Shown one piece after another: positions 45,275 through 50,945 of a stretch of 50,945 nt of DNA. The DNA is from a virus (lineage: Duplodnaviria; Caudoviricetes), in IMG/VR virus record IMGVR_UViG_3300024182_000004, positions 1 through 50,945 of that record. One strand, given 5' to 3'. The notes under the pieces were generated by a model. The model was not told where the DNA came from and ran no database searches. It saw only the letters and a program-made list of their open reading frames with translations. The position numbers were made by a program, and so were the translations under genes. The first letter of the stretch is position 1. The number at the start of each line of letters is the position of its first letter.

Positions 45275-47478
45275 TCGAAGACGTCAAACAAGCGGCTCTC
45301 TACACGTGGGTAGGCGACTTCGTAACCCCTATCGGTAGGAAGTGGCGCCCGCGCATCGAGGCGGCTGAGGACTACCACAACGAGAACTCTGCCGACTGGC
45401 CGTACCTCCGCGACCTGTTCGTCAACATGCAGGCCAGGAAGGCGGCAACGTGGTCGCCGACGGTGGCGATGGCCTACTCGATCATCACCGCCGCGGCCTC
45501 TGATACCTACTTCAACAACCCCGAGAGCTGGATTCAGGCGAAGAGCGGCGACCCCGACGGCGACATTTCGAGGGCCTTCCGAGACATCGCCAACACAGCG
45601 CACCGCGACGCAGACACCGAAGGGATCATGCGTAAATGCTTGATCTGCGACGGGTTTGCGGGTTTCGGGGTTCATTGGGCCTACTTCGAGCAGGTGGAGG
45701 AAACGCCGACACCTGCTTTACAGCCTTCATTGGATGTAAAGCAAGAGTCTCAAAACGACGAAATCGGTCAAGTTAATGCGACGCAGGATGAGACAGAGCC
45801 GCCGGGCCAGCCGCCAGCCGCCGACGAAGCGGAACCCCCGATGCAGGTCGCAGCGCCCCCTCCTAACGTCATTGCACAGAAGGTTTGCGGCGACTTCTGC
45901 GAGCCGTGGGACTGGCGCTGTGACCCCGATGGCCGCGACTGGAAGCTGACCGATCACAAATACATCATCCGCAAGTACCGCAAGACGATCGCCGAGCTGA
46001 TCGCGATGCCCTTCGCCAGCGAGAACGGCAAGGCCATGCTCTACACCTGGGGCAAGAGCCGGCGGCAGTCGAAGGAGCACTACTCGGACTCGAAGTGGGG
46101 ATCGGACTCCTCCTCGATCGACAACGACATCGGCTACATGCCGGTTGACATGTGGGAAATCTGGGACCGCGTCTCGAAGATGACCATCCACATCCCCGTC
46201 GGCGCCGACTTCGACCTCGGCTCGCTCCCGTGGCCGCGGGCGTGGAGGTACGCGAACACCTTCCCGGCGACCTTCGTTGCGTTCAATTGGGAGCCAGGCG
46301 ACAAGGCTCGGAAGCGCGGCTTCTATCCGATCCCCCTCCTCCGGCTCATCCGCGACCAACTGGAGAACATCAACGACCTCGAAGCGCTCTACATGGAGGC
46401 GGCGACGGCGTCCGTCATCAAATACCTGACGGTCAAAGGCCTACTCGACGATCCCGAGATCACGAACCTGACGAACAATCAGAGCCGGATCGTGGTGTCG
46501 ATCGACATCATGAAGATCAAACAGTTCTTCCCGACCGCCGTCAACAACATCGGCGACATCGACCTCAAGCGCGTCTTCCATCAGCTCGAAGCGAACGACA
46601 AAGGGGCGTCGTTCGAATACGAGAAGGCGATCGAGCACGAGCTCCGGCAGATCGGGCGCATTGTCAGTTCCGGGCCACAGGACCGATACGGGCTCCCCGA
46701 GGCGCGCTCGGCAACGGAATCGGCCGGCCTCATCGACGCGATGAATAAGCGCGGACGCTCAAAGAGCGAGCTGGCCGCGAACATGTACGACCAGATCACC
46801 GAGAAATTCTTTCTCATCTTCAAGACGATGCAGACGCTCCCGATCGAATACCGCGCCTCGACGCCGGACTTCTCGGAAGGCGTCTGGCGGCAGTGGACAG
46901 ACCTGGCTTCGGTGCGGACGCTCAGCCTCGCATTCGACCACAGGACCGGAACCTCGACGGCGCGTGACCCGCAGGCTGAGACCGCGGCGCGGAACGCTTT
47001 CGGGCAGATGGTGCTCCCGATCTACGCGCAGGCCCAGCAGTTCGACAAGGTCGACGAGATCGTGAAGTGGATGGCTGAACCTCAGAACTTCAGAAACCTC
47101 AACATCTTCCAGTCGCAGTCAAAACAGATCGCGATGCAGCTCGCTTACATGACGGCGCTTCTGAAGGTGAACCCGATGCTGGCGGCCGACCCGGACTTCG
47201 CGGACAAGAAGGCGGATCTTGCCTCGCAGCTCGCGCTCTCGCTTCTCTCGCCGACGGACCAGCAGGCAGTGGCTCAGCAGGTCAATAAGGCCGTGGAGTC
47301 TGGCGAGGCGATGCAGGGCGGCGGTGGACAAGGGGGCGGCGGACAGCAGCGAGGTCAAGGCCCGTCTCCCGGCTCGCTCCCGACGCAAGATACTCCCGGC
47401 CAGGCGGCGTTCGGCGCGTCGCAGGCTGGAGGCGGCGGAGTGCCATCGGCGGCGGCGGGGATGACAGGCGGCCGGTAA
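45271..47478 (+). CDS. Portal protein
   Basis: 735 aa directly after terL; GFGVHW, MWEIWDR, FYPIP...INDL, SATES; Gly/Gln-rich tail typical of podoviral portals. Confidence 0.85.
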   Translation: MIEDVKQAALYTWVGDFVTPIGRKWRPRIEAAEDYHNENSADWPYLRDLFVNMQARKAATWSPTVAMAYSIITAAASDTYFNNPESWIQAKSGDPDGDISRAFRDIANTAHRDADTEGIMRKCLICDGFAGFGVHWAYFEQVEETPTPALQPSLDVKQESQNDEIGQVNATQDETEPPGQPPAADEAEPPMQVAAPPPNVIAQKVCGDFCEPWDWRCDPDGRDWKLTDHKYIIRKYRKTIAELIAMPFASENGKAMLYTWGKSRRQSKEHYSDSKWGSDSSSIDNDIGYMPVDMWEIWDRVSKMTIHIPVGADFDLGSLPWPRAWRYANTFPATFVAFNWEPGDKARKRGFYPIPLLRLIRDQLENINDLEALYMEAATASVIKYLTVKGLLDDPEITNLTNNQSRIVVSIDIMKIKQFFPTAVNNIGDIDLKRVFHQLEANDKGASFEYEKAIEHELRQIGRIVSSGPQDRYGLPEARSATESAGLIDAMNKRGRSKSELAANMYDQITEKFFLIFKTMQTLPIEYRASTPDFSEGVWRQWTDLASVRTLSLAFDHRTGTSTARDPQAETAARNAFGQMVLPIYAQAQQFDKVDEIVKWMAEPQNFRNLNIFQSQSKQIAMQLAYMTALLKVNPMLAADPDFADKKADLASQLALSLLSPTDQQAVAQQVNKAVESGEAMQGGGGQGGGGQQRGQGPSPGSLPTQDTPGQAAFGASQAGGGGVPSAAAGMTGGR

Positions 47479-47496
47479 GAGGTTACAATCCGCGCC
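47461..47496 (+). promoter_or_regulatory. Promoter motif copy 8, leaderless
   Basis: ATGACA-N17-TACAAT-CCGCGCC-ATG. Confidence 0.78.
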
Positions 47497-47826
47497 ATGT
47501 TGATTCTCGTGTTGGTTCTTTTGATATTCAATTTGGCCTTGACCGCATTCTGCCTTAACCGGATCGACAAGCATACCGACGAGCACCACGCCGAGCAGTC
47601 CGCTCATTACGCCGTCGTCATTTCGCTCCAGAATTTGCTCGTGTCTTTGAGTGAATACGTCAGAGAGCTGAGCGGCACGGAAACTCGCTCACTGGAAGAG
47701 ATGAAGTGGCTTCTCCGCGAAATCCGCAAGGACAAGGATTGCGCATCCGAAGTCCTTCATTCGATCAAGGGGCTGCGAACGGACATCACGAACTGGCGCA
47801 GCGCCGAAGACGAGGAAGCGCCATGA
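47497..47826 (+). CDS. Membrane-anchored coiled-coil accessory protein
   Basis: Hydrophobic N-terminus; AT-richer start; own promoter. Confidence 0.7.
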   Translation: MLILVLVLLIFNLALTAFCLNRIDKHTDEHHAEQSAHYAVVISLQNLLVSLSEYVRELSGTETRSLEEMKWLLREIRKDKDCASEVLHSIKGLRTDITNWRSAEDEEAP

Positions 47827-48080
47827 TCGACCTCGACGCGATCCGGGCGCGGAATGAGACGCGCAAGAGCGGTTGGTGCTACGACTGCAAGCATGCGCAC
47901 AACGACAGTGATCCGAAGGCCGATATCGACGCCCTCCTCGCCGAGGTCGAGAGGCTACGGATCGTCGCGTTCCGCGATCCGATGAAAGTCGAAAGGCGTA
48001 TCGCGGAACGCCAATCCCGGAATCGATGCAAGCAAGGCCACGATCACACCTACAGCGCGCCCGGACCTATGTGCAAATGA
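47823..48080 (+). CDS. Hypothetical protein
   Basis: DLDAIRAR...DIDALLAEVERLR motif common in small phage proteins. Confidence 0.65.
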   Translation: MIDLDAIRARNETRKSGWCYDCKHAHNDSDPKADIDALLAEVERLRIVAFRDPMKVERRIAERQSRNRCKQGHDHTYSAPGPMCK

Positions 48081-48736
48081 CCGTCATCGTCAAAGTCCGC
48101 GGCGCAGTCGGCGCAGCCACCTCGCGCGAGTTCTACTGCGAGCCCTGCAAGGCGTGGTTCACCGCGTGGACCAGCATGAATGCCGAGGGCGAGATCGCCA
48201 AGCGCACGCACTCCTGCGGAGCACTTTGTGAGACAAAGATCAAACCCGGAAGCCGCATCGCTTTCCGCTCCTCCGAGGTCGTTCCGCGCGATCGACGGAG
48301 GGTCATCCAGCGGTATCTTTCGCTGAACGACGAGCAGATCCAGCACGTCAGGAACGACGACATCGATCGCTACTTCAAAGCGCACGGACTTGTCGAAGTC
48401 GATTCTTCGTGGGATGATGCGCGAAATGGCGGGAAGCGGGAGCGCGGCGAACTCGTCGATCTTCCGCCCGAAACCGACGACCCGAATGCAGTCCGCGAGT
48501 GGAACGCGAAAAAGCATGGACATGACGCGGTGCAGCGAGACCAGGAGCGAACCAGGGCGAGTTTCGAAGCTCTCGCTAGAGGTGATGAACCGCCTCATCT
48601 CCCAGTTGCCGACGGAGTCGATGTCCACTCCACCCCGCACGTTATTGACGTCGAGCGCACCATCGAAGCAGTCAAATCGCAGCCGGTCGTTGATCCTCAG
48701 CGGCGGCGCGAGCTTCAGGGTCGGATCGTTGCCTAA
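48077..48736 (+). CDS. FmdB-like Zn-ribbon protein
   Basis: EFYCEPC...HSCG; typical position between portal and scaffold. Confidence 0.6.
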   Translation: MTVIVKVRGAVGAATSREFYCEPCKAWFTAWTSMNAEGEIAKRTHSCGALCETKIKPGSRIAFRSSEVVPRDRRRVIQRYLSLNDEQIQHVRNDDIDRYFKAHGLVEVDSSWDDARNGGKRERGELVDLPPETDDPNAVREWNAKKHGHDAVQRDQERTRASFEALARGDEPPHLPVADGVDVHSTPHVIDVERTIEAVKSQPVVDPQRRRELQGRIVA

Positions 48737-48922
48737 CATGCCGATATACAACAGGGGGCGACACAGATCGCTACGGGCCGTCCACGCGGTCGACAACCCC
48801 GCTCATGTGAAACGAGCGAGCTACCCATCCCGTAGTACGAGCCCGAGTGTGGGCGAAGGAGTTGGGCGCGAACGGCGTTCGTGGGGCGCGGCCGGAGCCA
48901 GATCCGGCCATGGAACTTCCGA

Positions 48923-50029
48923 ATGAGTGTAATTCCAGATCCAGTCGCACCCGCAGCACCGGCAGGGACGCCAGCGCCTCCCCCGGCAGCTCCGCGTAGT
49001 GTGGCTGATATCGTGAAATCCGACCCGCAAGGCTTCGCAGCCGCGACGGGTCAAGGGTCCGGGGGCACCGCAGAGCCCCCCGCCGCACCCGCAGCGAAAC
49101 CCGACGCCACAGCCTCGGGAGCCGCAGCCAAGGGCGAGCCGCCAGTCGAAGCGAAACCAGCAGTCCAGACAGCGCCCGCGCCGGCCGCGAAGCCTCCGTA
49201 CACAGCGGAGGAATTCGCCGCCTTCGATGGGAACTACCACGACCGCAATTTCGATTGGGACAGATGGCCAGCGGAACTCCAAGACGCAAAGGTGTTCGCG
49301 AAGAAGGTCGCATCGGGCTACGGCACGCGCCACGCTCAGTTGCAGGCCGAGCGCGCGACATTCGAAGCTGAGAGAGCGAAACCGGCCACGGTTCAACCTG
49401 CCCCAGCAACAGAGAGATCAGCAAGCCTCGACACGCCGGAAGCGAAAACGGCCGCGCTCGAAGAGTTTCTAAACCCCGACACGTGGGCCAGCGGTATGCG
49501 AAAGCTACTCGGCAGCGACGAAGGGAAGCAGATTCTTTCCGACCTCGGCTACGCGGACCCGACCGAGCGAGGCGTTGTCAGCGAGCTTGTAAAGGAGCGC
49601 ACGATTTCGACGGCGGTCGCAGCGATTGCGGATGGTGAAGGCGCGCCGTTCCCTCAGTACCTCGCGGATGAGAAGTACCGCGATGAGGTGAACGCGTACG
49701 TCCGGAACGATCCGTTCTTGCGGGCCAAGGTCGACAGTCGCGACGTGAACGACGTGACGTATGCCTTCGCAGCAGCGAACGGTGTCATCACGGCGCGGCG
49801 TTACGCGCAACTCGAAGGAACGCTGGCGACTCGGGAACAGGCGCTCGCCGCACGTGAAGCGGCGGTCGTAGCCGGTGAAGCAACGCTCAAAGCTCAGATC
49901 GAATCGACGAACCGGCAGGAGCCGGCCTCGCCAGCGGTCAACGGCCAGAGCGGTAACGGCTTCATCAAGCGGCCAGCGATGACGACGCGCGAGCTCGTCG
50001 CCGCAGCCGGCCCGATCCCGGTTCAGTAG
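48923..50029 (+). CDS. Putative capsid scaffolding protein
   Basis: Pro/Ala-rich N-terminus, helical core; directly upstream of the capsid gene. Confidence 0.7.
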   Translation: MSVIPDPVAPAAPAGTPAPPPAAPRSVADIVKSDPQGFAAATGQGSGGTAEPPAAPAAKPDATASGAAAKGEPPVEAKPAVQTAPAPAAKPPYTAEEFAAFDGNYHDRNFDWDRWPAELQDAKVFAKKVASGYGTRHAQLQAERATFEAERAKPATVQPAPATERSASLDTPEAKTAALEEFLNPDTWASGMRKLLGSDEGKQILSDLGYADPTERGVVSELVKERTISTAVAAIADGEGAPFPQYLADEKYRDEVNAYVRNDPFLRAKVDSRDVNDVTYAFAAANGVITARRYAQLEGTLATREQALAAREAAVVAGEATLKAQIESTNRQEPASPAVNGQSGNGFIKRPAMTTRELVAAAGPIPVQ

Positions 50030-50092
50030 TAGTACCTCTCTCTGTCGAAGTAGCTGTGCCGCTGGGGCGTGACGTGCGGAGGATGCAGCAGC

Positions 50093-50945
50093 ATGACTGC
50101 TATCTCAACGCTCACCCAGAATTGGGACTCGTACACGATCGCCATCATGGCGGAACGAGCGCCCACACTGGCAAAGCAAACAATCGACGACAACCCTCTG
50201 CTCGAGGCGGCGACCCAGCGCGAGATTTCCAGCGCCATGGGCCTTCGAATCGAGCGTCCCCTCGAAATCGGCCGCAATCCGAACGCTGGCTATTTGCAGT
50301 CGTTCGATGCGATGGTCGAGATCGTCCCCACCGAAGTTGCCGCGATGGCTGTCTACAAACCGTCGCTCCTCGCTTGCCCGATCCGTTTCAACGCGGGTGA
50401 GAAGAAGATCAACGACTCCAACAAATACGCCGACCTGATCGATCTTCGGATGAACCAGGCGCGGCGCACGCTCGCCGAGATCCTCAACCAGGCACTCTAC
50501 GGCGTCGGCGCGAACCTCAAGACGATCGGACTCGGGGCGTACATCCCAACGACGGTCGGCTCGAACACCGTCGGCACCATCAACGAAGCGAACGCTCCTT
50601 TCTGGCGCTCGCAGGTCCGCACCGGCGCCGGCTCGTTCGCCGCGAACGGTCACAACGGCACGGCGAACGACTACATGCTCGACATGTGGATCACCTGCAG
50701 CAGCTCGGGCAACGGGACCAAGGGCGCCCCCTCGAAGCTGATCGCCGACCCGCTCTTCTACCAGTATTACTCGGCCTCGGAAGGCCAGCGCACGCGCATC
50801 CTCAAGGGTGACGACTTCGGCGAGCTTTACAAGGGCGCCATGACGTACCGCGGCGTGCCGATCCTTTTCGACAAGGTCGCGGACCCGAACACCGTTTGGT
50901 ACTCCCACGATGACGCCTTCTCCTGGTACGCAGCCCCCGGCTTCA
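50093..50945 (+). CDS. Major capsid protein, N-terminal part (continues across the join to 258; 327 aa in total)
   Basis: GGAGG then ATG at 50093 (MTAISTLTQNWDSY...); frame stays open through the repeat into 22..258; follows scaffold-like gene; spine-helix-like DLIDLRMNQARRTLAEILNQALYG; missed by the ORF track because it crosses the end. Confidence 0.88.
   Translation, partial: MTAISTLTQNWDSYTIAIMAERAPTLAKQTIDDNPLLEAATQREISSAMGLRIERPLEIGRNPNAGYLQSFDAMVEIVPTEVAAMAVYKPSLLACPIRFNAGEKKINDSNKYADLIDLRMNQARRTLAEILNQALYGVGANLKTIGLGAYIPTTVGSNTVGTINEANAPFWRSQVRTGAGSFAANGHNGTANDYMLDMWITCSSSGNGTKGAPSKLIADPLFYQYYSASEGQRTRILKGDDFGELYKGAMTYRGVPILFDKVADPNTVWYSHDDAFSWYAAPGF
50819..50945. repeat. Second copy of the 127-bp terminal repeat
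   Basis: Exact match to 1-127. Confidence 0.95.

Overview
The window is an apparently complete, circularly permuted dsDNA tailed-phage genome. Bases 1-127 are repeated exactly at 50819-50945, so the unit length is 50,818 bp and the major capsid gene spans the join. Gene content is podovirus-like: terminase, portal, scaffold, capsid, cement, two adaptor-like genes, a nozzle-like gene and three ejection-like genes, with no tape measure or sheath. The plus-strand arm (31983 through the join to 17193) carries two DNA methyltransferases, small accessory genes, a serine recombinase, tailspike/fibre genes, packaging and virion genes. The minus-strand arm (31228 down to 17301) carries small early genes, a ComEA-like protein, YqaJ/RecT, an SMC-like ATPase, a DnaC-like loader, RusA, a clan GH-A hydrolase and lipoproteins. 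The most interesting observations are: (i) a 16-bp promoter-like motif GGTTACA(A/C)TYYGCGCC present 8 times, often 7 nt before a leaderless ATG, heading small cassettes inserted between core genes; (ii) one such cassette is a clear internal fragment of the phage's own major capsid protein and another looks like a degenerate terminase-type ATPase, suggesting a set of decoy or interference proteins; (iii) a C5-methyltransferase-like gene whose variable region is a string of short modules that encloses an out-of-frame mini-gene; (iv) several highly structured non-coding RNAs, one with a switch-like anti-Shine-Dalgarno pairing. All product calls come from motifs and gene order read by eye; no database searches were run.
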